This document shows, piece after piece, positions 19,021 to 33,003 of a stretch of 55,460 nt of DNA. The notes under the pieces were generated by a model that was given only the letters and a program-made list of their open reading frames with translations, made no database searches and was not told the DNA's origin. The position numbers were made by a program, and so were the translations under genes. The stretch is from Flavicella sp. (GTDB taxonomy: Bacteria > Bacteroidota > Bacteroidia > Flavobacteriales > Flavobacteriaceae), in assembly GCF_037132785.1 (NCBI RefSeq), contig NZ_JBAHZZ010000115.1, positions 1 through 55,460 on the forward strand, in the 5' to 3' direction. Position 1 is the first letter of the stretch; every line of letters starts with the position of its first letter.

Positions 19021-20412
19021 ATGAAAAAAATAGCAAGTTTAGTGTTTGTTGCTTTTCTAGGAGGAGCAATTTCTTTGGTTGGATTTTCTTATATGATGAA
19101 TAACCAACGCATTGATAATAATGAATCAATATCAGCTGTTTCTAATGGTTTTGTCTCGGTACCAGCACATTATTCAAGTTTGCCCAATATAGCCGGAGAA
19201 AAAACAGATTTTGTAGACGCAGCATCTATGAGTTTGGATGCCGTGGTTCATGTTAAAAACACCTCCATGAGCACTTATTATGATCCTTTTTCAGATTTCT
19301 TTTATGGAAGAAGAAATGGACAAACAAGACAAAGAGAGCAAGTAGGAACAGGTAGTGGTGTTTTGATTTCTCCAGATGGATATATTGTTACTAATAATCA
19401 TGTAATTGACAATGCAAGTTCTATTGAAGTAACGTTAAATAATAGAAAAGTATATCAGGCAGAGTTGATAGGTACAGATCCTTCGAGTGATATTGCTTTG
19501 TTGAAAATTGAAGGAGAAGGTTTTGAATCCATACCATTTGCAAATTCAGACGCTATCGAAGTTGGGGAATGGGTATTGGCTATTGGAAATCCATATAATT
19601 TAACTTCTACAGTAACTGCTGGAATTATTAGTGCTAAAGGACGTGATTTGGGAGGGAATTCTAGTACGGAATCCTTTATTCAAACCGATGCAGCTGTCAA
19701 CCCTGGAAATAGTGGAGGAGCTTTGGTCAATACTAGAGGAGAATTGATTGGTATCAATACGGCTATTTCTTCACAAACAGGTTCTTTTGTAGGTTATTCT
19801 TTTGCGGTGCCTTCTAATATTGCTAAAAAAGTAATAGAGGATATTATGGAGTTTGGTAATGTTCAAAAAGCACTAATTGGAATTCAGTATGATCCTCGAA
19901 AAGACGATTTAGAAGGGGTAATGATAACGTCTGTTACCAAAGGAGGTGGTGCTAAAAAAGCGGGGTTGTTAGAAGAAGATATAATTGTAAAAATTGAAAA
20001 TGTGAAAATTAGAAAATTTTCGGATTTGAAAGGGCAATTGAGTGCTAAAAGACCAGGGGACAAAATTCAGGTAACTGTTTTAAGAGGTGAAACTTATATA
20101 ACGAAAACGGTTGAGTTGACCGAGTACAAAACCCTTAAAATAAACGTATTAGGATTCTCTGTAGAGAAGCTAACGAAAGAAGAATTGAAAAAATACAAAA
20201 TTAAATCAGGAGTAAAAATAGTAAACATCAAAAATTCTGAGTTACAAGAATTGGGCGTTTCTGAAGGAGATGTATTGGTTGAAATAAATAACGAAAAGGT
20301 GAGCTCTGTAGATCAGGTTGATAAATTGTTAAAGGAGAAGTCGTTAATGGGGTATTTTAAAATGGGAGTTTTAAATTCAAAGGGAGTAAAAGAAAATTAT
20401 ATATTTAAATAA
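19021..20412 (+). CDS. htrA: HtrA/DegP-family serine protease with two PDZ domains
   Basis: GTGSGV, TNNHV, DIALLK, IQTDAAVNPGNSGG. Confidence 0.94.
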   Translation: MKKIASLVFVAFLGGAISLVGFSYMMNNQRIDNNESISAVSNGFVSVPAHYSSLPNIAGEKTDFVDAASMSLDAVVHVKNTSMSTYYDPFSDFFYGRRNGQTRQREQVGTGSGVLISPDGYIVTNNHVIDNASSIEVTLNNRKVYQAELIGTDPSSDIALLKIEGEGFESIPFANSDAIEVGEWVLAIGNPYNLTSTVTAGIISAKGRDLGGNSSTESFIQTDAAVNPGNSGGALVNTRGELIGINTAISSQTGSFVGYSFAVPSNIAKKVIEDIMEFGNVQKALIGIQYDPRKDDLEGVMITSVTKGGGAKKAGLLEEDIIVKIENVKIRKFSDLKGQLSAKRPGDKIQVTVLRGETYITKTVELTEYKTLKINVLGFSVEKLTKEELKKYKIKSGVKIVNIKNSELQELGVSEGDVLVEINNEKVSSVDQVDKLLKEKSLMGYFKMGVLNSKGVKENYIFK

Positions 20413-20428
20413 GGTGAGTATTTTTAAT

Positions 20429-20463
20429 AAGAGCCGATGTTGAAAAGTGTCGACTCTTTTTTT
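20429..20463 (+). terminator. Probable intrinsic terminator of htrA
   Basis: AAGAGCCGA...TCGACTCTT imperfect stem followed by a T-run. Confidence 0.55.
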
Positions 20464-20516
20464 ATAGCGTATTGTTTTAATAATCAATATAATATATCAC
20501 AAAATTAGGTTAGACT

Positions 20517-20674
20517 TATGCCGTTTTAATATTTAAATGACGCATTAAATTCGTTTCTTTTTCATTTCACACAAAAACAAAACCGTAGCTGAGCTATTCT
20601 TCAATTTTTATTGCTTATCTGAATAAAAAAGATTCCAAATTATTATTACGTCATTTATAAATAAAACTGGTATT
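20517..20674. repeat. Palindromic MITE-like dispersed element, copy 1
   Basis: Ends TATGCCGTTTTAATATTTAAATGACG / CGTCATTTATAAATAAAACTGGTAT; apex TAGC-TGA-GCTA; collinear with copies at 24046 and 55201. Confidence 0.85.
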
Positions 20675-20733
20675 AGGAGGAAGATAAAAAGAAAGATCAA
20701 CTGAAAATTGAAAAAGAAGGGAAAATGAAATAA

Positions 20734-23795
<3,062 letters not shown>

Positions 23796-24045
23796 GTAGT
23801 GATTTTTTTGTCTAAAATAGGCATAAAATAATGGTTGTAAAAGAGTGAATTTTCCCTGTGAATGGTTTAGTTGTTTGAAATTCATTCCAGATAAGCTTGG
23901 AGTTTGAGTGATGTCATACTTTTTCGTAAGAGGTTTGTATCTTGTATATTCATCCGTTATTACTTTTGCTATCTTTTAGAAATCTCAATTAAATATTTTG
24001 AGGAGAAACCAGGTATTGATAAAGATTAAACACTTTTAACTTGGG

Positions 24046-24206
24046 TATACCGTTTTAAGATTTAAATGACGTATTAAGTTTGTTTCTTATTCATATTTTA
24101 CATAAAAACAAAACCGTAGCGGTGCTATGCTTCAGCTTTTATTGCTTATCTGAATAAAAAATATTTCAAATTATTTAGTGAGTTATTTAAAAATAAAATT
24201 GGTATT
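24046..24206. repeat. Palindromic MITE-like dispersed element, copy 2
   Basis: TATACCGTTTTAAGATTTAAATGAC ... TAGC-GGT-GCTA ... GTTATTTAAAAATAAAATTGGTAT. Confidence 0.85.
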
Positions 24207-24493
24207 GGTCAATTCTATAGCATATACATTTTCTTCTTTTTTGTGTTCTTACTTCTACCATTATTATGTTTTATTTACCCTTAATTGTAAACTTGTCAAC
24301 ATGAATTTCCCCTTTAATTAGGATATTCATTGAGCCTGTCATAGATATTAATTTTTTTTATTAAATCTTACAGGTATTGTTTACATGGTAAATCAGTATC
24401 AAAATGCTCTATAAATTTAAGGGAATTCTCTCCTTTAAATATTCATAACAATATCTTTTTTAAAGATAATGAATTGTATCAAAGTGAATTCCT

Positions 24494-25720
24494 CTATTCT
24501 TTAATTAAATCTATATGTTTATCATGGTATCCAAGAAGGTAAAGAACACCATCCAATCCAATACTAGAAATAGAACTTTGTGCATTGTCTTTTACAGTTG
24601 GTTTTGCATGAAAAGCAATGCCTAACCCCGCCAAATTTAACATTGGCAAGTCATTGGCGCCATCACCAACGGCGATTGTTTGGCTAATATCGATTCCTTC
24701 TTTTTCTGCAATTTGCTTAAGGTATTCTGCTTTTTTATTTCCATCAACGATTTCACCTAAATAACCACCTGTTAAGAAACCGTTTTTAATTTCTAATTGA
24801 TTTGCATAAACATAATCAATCCCTAATTCTTTTTGAAGGTAGTCACCGAAATAAGTAAATCCACCAGAAAGGATTGCTGTTTTAAAACCATAATTTTTTA
24901 AGGTTTTTATCAATCTATGTGCTCCTTTTGTAATGGGTAAATTTATTGCTACTTCTTTAAGGACGTCTTCACTAAGTCCTTCCAGTAATGCCATGCGTTT
25001 TTTAAAACTTTCGTTGAAATCTATTTCACCTTGCATTGCCATTTCTGTGATAGCTTTTACCTGTGCTCCTACACCGGCTAATTCTGCTAATTCGTCAATA
25101 ACTTCAGTTTGGATCAAAGTTGAGTCCATGTCAAAACATACCAAACGCCTGTTTCTTCTGTAGATATTGTCTTCTTGAAATGCGATATCTACATTTAAAT
25201 CTCTTGAGATTTGCATGAATTTTGCCGTTATATCTGCTTTGTTTTTAATTTCTCCTCTAATTGATAGTTGAATAGATGCTCTTGGGTATGGGTCTTTTTT
25301 TACCAAAGATATTCTACCTGTCAATCTTTTGATAGAATCAATATTTAAATTCAAATCTGAAACAACACTGGTTACTGCAGAAATCTGTTCAGCAGCTAAT
25401 TTTTTCCCTAGAATAGTTACAATATATCGGTTTTTTCCTTGTGATGAAACCCATTTTTCATACTTTTCTAAAGTAATCGGACTAAATTTTGCTGTAATCC
25501 CAAGTTTATATGCTTTGAATAATAAATCTTTTAAAACAGGAGCAGAACTCGAATTAGCCTTTATTTCAAAAAGAATTCCTAAAGATAAAGTGTCGTGAAT
25601 ATTCGCTTGACCAATGTCGAGAATTTTCGCACCATACTCAGCAAGGACACCCGTTAAACTAGAGGTGAGACCTGGTTTATCTTGTCCTGATATATTTAAT
25701 AAAATAATTTCTTTCTCCAT
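24494..25720 (-). CDS. serB: Phosphoserine phosphatase with ACT domains
   Basis: GQDKPG ACT domain, FDMDST, SGGF, GDGANDL. Confidence 0.95.
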   Translation of the reverse strand: MEKEIILLNISGQDKPGLTSSLTGVLAEYGAKILDIGQANIHDTLSLGILFEIKANSSSAPVLKDLLFKAYKLGITAKFSPITLEKYEKWVSSQGKNRYIVTILGKKLAAEQISAVTSVVSDLNLNIDSIKRLTGRISLVKKDPYPRASIQLSIRGEIKNKADITAKFMQISRDLNVDIAFQEDNIYRRNRRLVCFDMDSTLIQTEVIDELAELAGVGAQVKAITEMAMQGEIDFNESFKKRMALLEGLSEDVLKEVAINLPITKGAHRLIKTLKNYGFKTAILSGGFTYFGDYLQKELGIDYVYANQLEIKNGFLTGGYLGEIVDGNKKAEYLKQIAEKEGIDISQTIAVGDGANDLPMLNLAGLGIAFHAKPTVKDNAQSSISSIGLDGVLYLLGYHDKHIDLIKE

Positions 25721-25756
25721 GATGTTTTGAGTTTTCTTTTTGTTCTATCTCGAATA

Positions 25757-28435
25757 TTAGAATAATGATTGGTCTGGTGTACTTCGTTGTTCGTATTTTA
25801 AGTCACTTAAAATAGATGCTTTTACACCAATGAAAAAATAATAAGAAGTAGTAGTACCAAAAGGCACCCAGTTGAAGTTAACCCTCCAGCTGTCCAGGTC
25901 TCTTGAAAATCGTAATTGCGTATAGGAAAAACCTTTGTTTACAAAATCATAACCAGAAGAAACACCAACTTTCCATTTAGGAGTTAGCTCTACGTCTCCT
26001 GAAAACATTAAACTACTATTGGTAATTTCGCTCTCTCGATTACTGTTTGAGTATGTTCCTGAGTAGGATAAACGCAAACTCCAGGGGATTTTATTTTGAT
26101 AGAGCACTGTTTTTTCATCCTTTCTGGAGTTCTCATCTTCTTTAGAAGAATTCTCAGATTCATCATCTCTAAAGTTGTTCATGTTTTGACCAAACAAATC
26201 AGAATTCTGCTCATTTTGCATATCATCTTTTTTATCTTCTTTGTCTTCACTTTTGTCAAAGTCTTTATTTGATAATGAATAACTCAATGTAAGGTTGGCT
26301 CTTGTCAGACGAAATAAACTTCCATCATTGTGGATGTTAAAGGTGTTATACCTCTGTCCGTTTGAATTAATTGCATAGGGATCTAATGTTGCACCAGTAT
26401 TGACACTCAATTTATTGTTGAAAATCTGTGTGCCGGCAGTTACATTTACAGTACTCCATTTTAAACTATCTGCGACAACATTGTAACTAGTAGAAAAGTT
26501 TAGGTTATTAAGAAGGGTGATCTTTTTGAATTCTTCATCTCCCGAAGGATCTTTGTTTCTTACTTTAGCTTCAAAGTTGTTGTTCAGTGAAAGACCAATA
26601 GATTGAGACAATCCTTGTGAAGGACTGCCATAGGCACCATAGTCAAAAGGAGAATATTCTTCTAGGTCTAAAGGATCACCACTTGCTTGAACTGTTTCGT
26701 AATAGTAACTAAAATCAGGTCTATAGTTGTATGAAATAGAAGGGCGCATCGTGTGTCGAATTGCGTCTAATCTTTTTCCTTTAAATTTAAACATACCATA
26801 TATACTCGTAGATAAAGACGCACCTGCAGAATATTCTCTAAAAGAAACAAAACCATTAATCGTATCTGTAACTATTTCTTGATTTAGCTCATCGTAATTT
26901 TTATCTATGGATTTAAAATACCAAACTTCTTTATAAGTTACACTTGGAGATAAAGTTAAGTATTTTAATACTTTCATATTAGTACTCAGAGAAATGTTGT
27001 GTTGTACTCCGGTCTTCGCTTCATCAAACATTTTTGCCTTGAAAAAGTCTTCCTCCATTACTTCTATTTTGTTTTCTGCTTTTAACCCGTAATTAAATCC
27101 TATTTTTTGAAATGCATTATTTTGACTCCCCGATTTTGGAGCAAAAGGGTAAATTCTATCCATATTTAATATAAATGACGGAAGGGTCATGGAAATAATT
27201 TCAGTATTAGTGTTTTGAGAATGTGACGCTGATGTGGTAAAGCTAAAAGGTGTTCCAACCAATTTTCTGTAATAACTAATAGAAGAACTCAGTGTATTTG
27301 TAAGTGAATAAGGACTATTGTATTGATTTATTGATTGACTATAATAGTTGCTACTCCCTAAGTTTACAGAAGCCGATAGTTTAGAGTTAGGGTTGGATTT
27401 AGCATCTTGTGAATGTGACCAACGTATATTATAGTTTTTACTTTTACTATAATCATCAAAACCATCAATATTATAAATTAAACTTTCATAATTTATATTG
27501 AAATTCCCTGAGTATTTATATCTTCTTTTGTAAGAAGATTTTGTGCTTAAGCCCCAGCTTCCGTTAGAATAAAGATCAGCTAAAACGGTTAAGTCATAAA
27601 AGTCATTTCCTGCAAAATAATATCCTCCATTTTGCATAAAAAAACCTTGACTGGTAGATTGTCCATAGGTTGGAACTATAATTCCCGATGTTTTGGTCGA
27701 TGTTAAAGGAAAATAAGCAAAAGGTAAAAATATAGGCGTGGGAACATCTGCGACCACTAGATGAGTCAAGCCAACAATGATTTTCTTGCCAGGGACTATT
27801 TTGGCTTTTTTTGTCTGTAAATAGTAATCTGGGTTTTCTTTATCTGAAGTTGTAAATCGTATATTTCTAACAAAAATGGTAGAGTCATTTATCCGTTTCA
27901 TTTTTTCACCTAAAGTATAGATTCCATCCTGTTCAGTGCTAAGTCCATAAACAAGTGCTTTTTCAGATTTAAAATTAAAAACAATAGAATCTTGAGTGGA
28001 CTCTTCATTTCCTTGTCTGAAAATAGGTAACTGAGAATACACACCAACACTATCTTTAATTCCTCTAGCAATAATTGTATTTGTTCCGTGATCTATTTTT
28101 ATATCTCCCGCTTTAATGTTGATATCTTTATAGTTAATCTCAGCGTTATTATAAAGGTAGGTTATTTTTTTAATTATATCTTCAATAATATAATCATCCG
28201 CAGTATGTTCAATAATTGCATCTATTGACTCTTTTTCTTTTTCTAAGGCCTGTAGACTATCATTATGAATACTGTCATTTTTAATTAAATTTTCTGTTGA
28301 TGGAATACTATCATTTAAACTTATTTTACTGTTCGGAGTAATCTTTGCCCCATCTTTACTCTGAGCGTAGCCGTGCGTTAGTCCGATATGGATAAAGCCA
28401 AGTAATAAAAGTATATGTGTTATATTTGTTCGCAA
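25757..28435 (-). CDS. lptD: Putative LPS assembly protein (Bacteroidota LptD-like)
   Basis: Signal peptide, OstA-like N-terminal region, long beta-barrel, RDLDSW..FNWVP, LSDLK; divergent from the amidase gene. Confidence 0.82.
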   Translation of the reverse strand: MRTNITHILLLLGFIHIGLTHGYAQSKDGAKITPNSKISLNDSIPSTENLIKNDSIHNDSLQALEKEKESIDAIIEHTADDYIIEDIIKKITYLYNNAEINYKDINIKAGDIKIDHGTNTIIARGIKDSVGVYSQLPIFRQGNEESTQDSIVFNFKSEKALVYGLSTEQDGIYTLGEKMKRINDSTIFVRNIRFTTSDKENPDYYLQTKKAKIVPGKKIIVGLTHLVVADVPTPIFLPFAYFPLTSTKTSGIIVPTYGQSTSQGFFMQNGGYYFAGNDFYDLTVLADLYSNGSWGLSTKSSYKRRYKYSGNFNINYESLIYNIDGFDDYSKSKNYNIRWSHSQDAKSNPNSKLSASVNLGSSNYYSQSINQYNSPYSLTNTLSSSISYYRKLVGTPFSFTTSASHSQNTNTEIISMTLPSFILNMDRIYPFAPKSGSQNNAFQKIGFNYGLKAENKIEVMEEDFFKAKMFDEAKTGVQHNISLSTNMKVLKYLTLSPSVTYKEVWYFKSIDKNYDELNQEIVTDTINGFVSFREYSAGASLSTSIYGMFKFKGKRLDAIRHTMRPSISYNYRPDFSYYYETVQASGDPLDLEEYSPFDYGAYGSPSQGLSQSIGLSLNNNFEAKVRNKDPSGDEEFKKITLLNNLNFSTSYNVVADSLKWSTVNVTAGTQIFNNKLSVNTGATLDPYAINSNGQRYNTFNIHNDGSLFRLTRANLTLSYSLSNKDFDKSEDKEDKKDDMQNEQNSDLFGQNMNNFRDDESENSSKEDENSRKDEKTVLYQNKIPWSLRLSYSGTYSNSNRESEITNSSLMFSGDVELTPKWKVGVSSGYDFVNKGFSYTQLRFSRDLDSWRVNFNWVPFGTTTSYYFFIGVKASILSDLKYEQRSTPDQSLF

Positions 28436-28514
28436 TGCTATATCTGCTATTTTTGTGGCGTTAAGTAAGCTTTTTTAAGTTTATTCATAAGTTGCCAAAA
28501 TTAATTAAAAAATA

Positions 28515-29630
28515 TTGATGAACTTGATACATTCTCTTAAAATTAACTATAAAATAAAACAAACTATATTTTCTCTTTTGTTTTTACAAATATTTTATTT
28601 TTCATCAGCTGTAAATTCACAGGAAAAAACATTTACAGTAGTCTTAGATGCGGGACATGGAGGTAAGGATCCAGGTAAGGTAGCGTATAAAAAATACAAA
28701 GAAAAAGAAATTGCCCTCGATATCGTTCTATTAATAGGGAAGAACTTGAAAAAAGAGCAAAACGTAAAGGTTATTTATACCCGGAAAAAAGATGTATTTG
28801 TCAATTTATGGGAGAGAGGGAGAATTGCCAATAAAGCAGATGCAGATTTGTTTGTTTCTGTCCATTGTAATGCTCATAACTCACAAGCTTCAGGTTCTGA
28901 GACATGGGTGCTAGGACTGCACGCTAACAAAAGAAATTTTGAAGTAGCAAAAGCTGAAAATGAGGTGATATTATTGGAAGATAATTATCAAGAAAAATAC
29001 AAAGGTTTTGATCCTAGTTCACCCGAATCTATGATTGGACTTACCTTAGAACAAGAGGAAAGTTTAGATGAAAGTATATCTTTGGCAAGTTCAGTACAAA
29101 AAATATTTCAAGGAACTTTGAAACGCACCAACAGGGGTGTTAAACAAGCTGGTTTTGCAGTCTTACACCAAACCTACATGCCTAGTATATTAATTGAAAT
29201 GGGGTTTATAAGTAATAAAAAAGAAGGTGCGTATTTGAATTCAAATAAAGGGAAGAATGAAATGGCATCGGCAATCTCCAAAGCAATTAGCAAACATATA
29301 GAAGGGGTAAGGTTGAATACTGTTTCTACAGTAAATATTATAGAATCTGTTGCTCAAGCCTCAGTAGAGAACAGTAAAACTCCTTATTTTAAAGTTCAAA
29401 TAGCGTCAGGAAAAAAAAAAATAAGCACTGCTAGTTATAATTTTAAAGGCTTAAAGGCTGTAAATCGAGTGCCAGTAGGAGAGTATTATAAATATTACTT
29501 AGGACATACTGAAAATTATAAAGAAGCAAAATTATTATTGAAAAAAGCTAAAAAAGCAGGATATAAATCATCATTTATAGCTGCATTTGTTGATAATGAA
29601 AGGATTGCCTTGTCAAAGGCAATAAAGTAA
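28515..29630 (+). CDS. N-acetylmuramoyl-L-alanine amidase (Amidase_3)
   Basis: LDAGHGGKDPG, EK, FVSVHCN, PSILIEMGF; SPOR-like C-terminus. Confidence 0.94.
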   Translation: MMNLIHSLKINYKIKQTIFSLLFLQIFYFSSAVNSQEKTFTVVLDAGHGGKDPGKVAYKKYKEKEIALDIVLLIGKNLKKEQNVKVIYTRKKDVFVNLWERGRIANKADADLFVSVHCNAHNSQASGSETWVLGLHANKRNFEVAKAENEVILLEDNYQEKYKGFDPSSPESMIGLTLEQEESLDESISLASSVQKIFQGTLKRTNRGVKQAGFAVLHQTYMPSILIEMGFISNKKEGAYLNSNKGKNEMASAISKAISKHIEGVRLNTVSTVNIIESVAQASVENSKTPYFKVQIASGKKKISTASYNFKGLKAVNRVPVGEYYKYYLGHTENYKEAKLLLKKAKKAGYKSSFIAAFVDNERIALSKAIK

Positions 29631-29692
29631 TATTTAATTTTTACTCACAGATATAATTAGTAATTTTGCTTGGAAAATTAGATAAACATTTT

Positions 29693-30670
29693 ATGATTAA
29701 GAATTCTAGAGAATTTAAAACAGGAGTGGTTGTAATTATAGTGATAGCCGTTTTTATTTGGGGGTTTAACTTTTTAAAAGGACATAATATTTTTGAAGGG
29801 AGATCAGATACTTACTTTGCTAGGTATGTGAATGTTCAAGGGTTAAATACTGCAAGTCCTGTAACGGTCAATGGTTTTGAAATAGGACGGGTTGTTGAAA
29901 TTTCTTTTGATAATGATCCCGAAAAAAGAGGGGAATTAATTGTAGAATTTAGTATTGAAAAACCTTTTGTGTTTGGCAAGAAAAGTGTTGCTGAAATTTA
30001 TAGTACCAGTTTAATGGGAGGAAAATCTTTAGCGATTGTTCCATCATATGACAGTGACCCCGTAGAATCTGGTGATTTTTTAATGGGGAAAATTGAGTCT
30101 GATATTTTTTCTTCTGTTGGAGAAAAATTGAACCCATTACAAGCCAAGCTTGAACACGTAATGACAAGTGCGGATTCTCTTTTGGTAAATATCAATCGAA
30201 TATTAGACGATGAATCGAAAACCCATATAAAAAACACAATTGCAAGTTTGGATGCTACAATGCTATCTCTAGAACGATTGGCTTTAAATTCAGAATTATT
30301 AATTGTTGAGAATAGAAAAACCTTTAGTGCATCTATGGCGAATATCGAAAATGTTTCTCGAAATTTTTCTGCAATTTCTGATACACTTGCCAATGCTAAT
30401 TTAGGAGGGTTGATCTCTAAAATTGATTTTACAATGTCTAATTTAAAAAGTATTACAAACACAATTAATAATGGTAAAGGGACAATCGGGAAATTAGTTA
30501 ACGATCCTTCGGTTTATCAGAATTTAGACAAAGCAACTAAGGAATTAGGAGAGTTGTTAGAGGATTTAAAATTACACCCTAAACGTTATGTTCATATTTC
30601 TGTCTTTGGAAAGAAAGAGAAAGAGTACGTAAAAAACGATTCAATTTTGATTGAAGGTTCGGGAAATTAA
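29693..30670 (+). CDS. mlaD: MCE/MlaD-family protein
   Basis: N-terminal TM, VQGL...PVTVNG.EIGRV, helical region, GTIGKL, DLKLHPKRY; TAATTTTG at 29661. Confidence 0.88.
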   Translation: MIKNSREFKTGVVVIIVIAVFIWGFNFLKGHNIFEGRSDTYFARYVNVQGLNTASPVTVNGFEIGRVVEISFDNDPEKRGELIVEFSIEKPFVFGKKSVAEIYSTSLMGGKSLAIVPSYDSDPVESGDFLMGKIESDIFSSVGEKLNPLQAKLEHVMTSADSLLVNINRILDDESKTHIKNTIASLDATMLSLERLALNSELLIVENRKTFSASMANIENVSRNFSAISDTLANANLGGLISKIDFTMSNLKSITNTINNGKGTIGKLVNDPSVYQNLDKATKELGELLEDLKLHPKRYVHISVFGKKEKEYVKNDSILIEGSGN

Positions 30671-30696
30671 AAACCACAACTAACTCATAAGAAGAC

Positions 30697-32007
30697 ATGG
30701 AGTATTTACCGAATCTCATTTTTGCGCTATTGGCAATAATAAGTATTGGATTTTTTATTAGAAATGTAAAGAAAATAAAAAGAAATATTTTTTTAGGAAA
30801 AGAAATTGATAGATCCGGAAATTCTAAGGAACGTTGGGGAAATATGATGCGAATTGCCTTAGGGCAATCAAAAATAGTGAAACGTCCTGTTTCAGGTTTT
30901 TTACATGTCATTGTTTATTTGGGGTTTATTATCATTAATATTGAAGTTTTAGAAATAATTTTAGATGGTATTCTTGGAACACACAGATTATTTTATCCTG
31001 TATTGGGAGAAACTCTTTATGGAGGATTAATTGGAATCTTTGAAATATTAGCCTTTTTGGTTTTGATATCTGTTATTATTTTTTGGATTCGAAGAAATAT
31101 AATCAAAGTTAAAAGATTCTGGAATAAAGAAATGACATCATGGCCTAAGAATGATGGGAATATTATTTTGTATTTTGAAATGATATTGATGTCGTTGTTT
31201 TTAATTATGAATGCGACTGATGTGTACTTTCAAGAAGCGAGTATTGGCAATCCAATAAGCCAATTTATTAGTCCATTATTTTCTGGGCTTTCTATTGAGG
31301 TTATTTATATGATAGAAAGAACAACATGGTGGATTCATATTTGTGGCATATTCGCTTTCTTAAACTATTTATATTATTCAAAGCATTTACATATTTTGTT
31401 AGCGTTTCCAAATACATTTTACGCGAACCTTGAGATACTTGGTAAGTTTAAAAATAATCCAGTTGTAACCAAAGAAGTGCAGACGATGATGGATCCTAAT
31501 GCTGATCCATATGCCGTTCCCGTAGAAACAGTAGGAGAACCTGAAAAATTTGGAGCTAGTGATGTTACCGATTTAAATTGGATTCAGCTGATGAATGCAT
31601 ATACCTGTACTGAGTGTGGTAGGTGCACCTCCGTTTGCCCTGCCAACCAAACAGGAAAAGAATTGTCTCCAAGAGCTATTATGATGAAAACTCGTGATAG
31701 ATTAGAAGAGGTAGGAAAAAACATCGATGACAATAAAGGGGTCTTTAAAGCTGATGGAAGACAACTATTAGGAGAAGGATATATTACACAAGAAGAAATT
31801 TGGGCATGTACTAGTTGTAATGCTTGTGTTGAGGAGTGTCCTTTAAATATTGATCCTTTATCGATAATAATGGAGATGCGACAATATTTAGTTATGGAGG
31901 AGTCATCTGCGCCGCAAGAATTAAATATTATGATGAATAATATTGAAAATAATGGTGCGCCGTGGCCATACAATCAAATGGATCGTATGAATTGGAAAGA
32001 GGAATAA
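30697..32007 (+). CDS. Membrane-bound Fe-S oxidoreductase (FadF N-terminal-like, 4Fe-4S dicluster)
   Basis: TM region, CTECGRCTSVCP and CTSCNACVEECP. Confidence 0.88.
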   Translation: MEYLPNLIFALLAIISIGFFIRNVKKIKRNIFLGKEIDRSGNSKERWGNMMRIALGQSKIVKRPVSGFLHVIVYLGFIIINIEVLEIILDGILGTHRLFYPVLGETLYGGLIGIFEILAFLVLISVIIFWIRRNIIKVKRFWNKEMTSWPKNDGNIILYFEMILMSLFLIMNATDVYFQEASIGNPISQFISPLFSGLSIEVIYMIERTTWWIHICGIFAFLNYLYYSKHLHILLAFPNTFYANLEILGKFKNNPVVTKEVQTMMDPNADPYAVPVETVGEPEKFGASDVTDLNWIQLMNAYTCTECGRCTSVCPANQTGKELSPRAIMMKTRDRLEEVGKNIDDNKGVFKADGRQLLGEGYITQEEIWACTSCNACVEECPLNIDPLSIIMEMRQYLVMEESSAPQELNIMMNNIENNGAPWPYNQMDRMNWKEE

Positions 32008-32075
32008 CGAGTTGTGAATTTTAAGTTTTTATCAATTTTAGATCATAAACTCATAACAAAAAACTAATATAAAAG

Positions 32076-32855
32076 ATGAATGTACCTACGATGGCAGAAA
32101 TGATGGCTCAAGGAAAACAACCAGAAGTGTTGTTTTGGGTTGGATGTGCAGGGAGTTTTGATGATAGAGCAAAAAAAATAACCAAGGCATTTATAAAGAT
32201 ATTAAATAAAGCGAATGTTGATTTTGCAGTATTAGGAACTGAAGAGAGTTGTACAGGGGATCCTGCGAAACGTGCAGGTAATGAGTTTTTGTTTCAAATG
32301 CAAGCAATGACAAATATAGAGGTTTTAAACGGTTATAAAATCAAGAAGATTGTAACGGCTTGCCCTCACTGTTTCAATACGATTAAAAATGAGTATCCTG
32401 AGTTAGGTGGGCGCTATGAAGTAGTACATCATACCCAGTTATTAAAAGAACTTTTAGATTCTGGTAAAATGACAATCGAGGGTGGTGCATTTAAAGGAAA
32501 GAAAATAACTTTCCACGATCCTTGTTATTTAGGTCGTGCCAATAATGTTTATAAAGCTCCGAGGGAATTGATTAGAAAGCTAGATGTAGAGTTGGTAGAA
32601 ATGAAGCGTTGTAAAACAAACGGTTTGTGTTGTGGCGCAGGTGGAGCTCAGATGTTTAAGGATGCAGAGAAAGGAACGAAAGAAGTGAACGTTTTACGTA
32701 CTGAAGATGCATTAGAAGTAAAGCCGGAAATTATCGCTACAGGCTGTCCTTTCTGCAATACGATGATGACAGATGGTGTTAAGAATAAAGACAAAGAAGG
32801 AGATATTCAAGTCATGGACATTGCAGAAATGATTGCGACAGCCCAAGATCTTTAA
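32076..32855 (+). CDS. CCG-domain Fe-S protein (FadF C-terminal / HdrD-like)
   Basis: WVGC, SCTG, ACPHC, HDPCYLGR, CCGAGG, GCPFC. Confidence 0.88.
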   Translation: MNVPTMAEMMAQGKQPEVLFWVGCAGSFDDRAKKITKAFIKILNKANVDFAVLGTEESCTGDPAKRAGNEFLFQMQAMTNIEVLNGYKIKKIVTACPHCFNTIKNEYPELGGRYEVVHHTQLLKELLDSGKMTIEGGAFKGKKITFHDPCYLGRANNVYKAPRELIRKLDVELVEMKRCKTNGLCCGAGGAQMFKDAEKGTKEVNVLRTEDALEVKPEIIATGCPFCNTMMTDGVKNKDKEGDIQVMDIAEMIATAQDL

Positions 32856-32935
32856 AACTTATTGTTCCTTTGTACAGTGTTTTATAAAAGCCACTATTTT
32901 TTTGATGTTTTTATCGGACTGTTGTTAGTTAATTC

Positions 32936-32964
32936 AGAAGTTGCGTTTATGAGTTGAATTCAGC
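32936..32964 (+). mobile_element. Orphan IS30 right terminal repeat
   Basis: 28 of 29 nt identical to 683-711; no transposase adjacent. Confidence 0.85.
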
Positions 32965-33003
32965 CCCTGTTGAAAGTACATTCATAATTTTATTGTTATG
33001 CTT

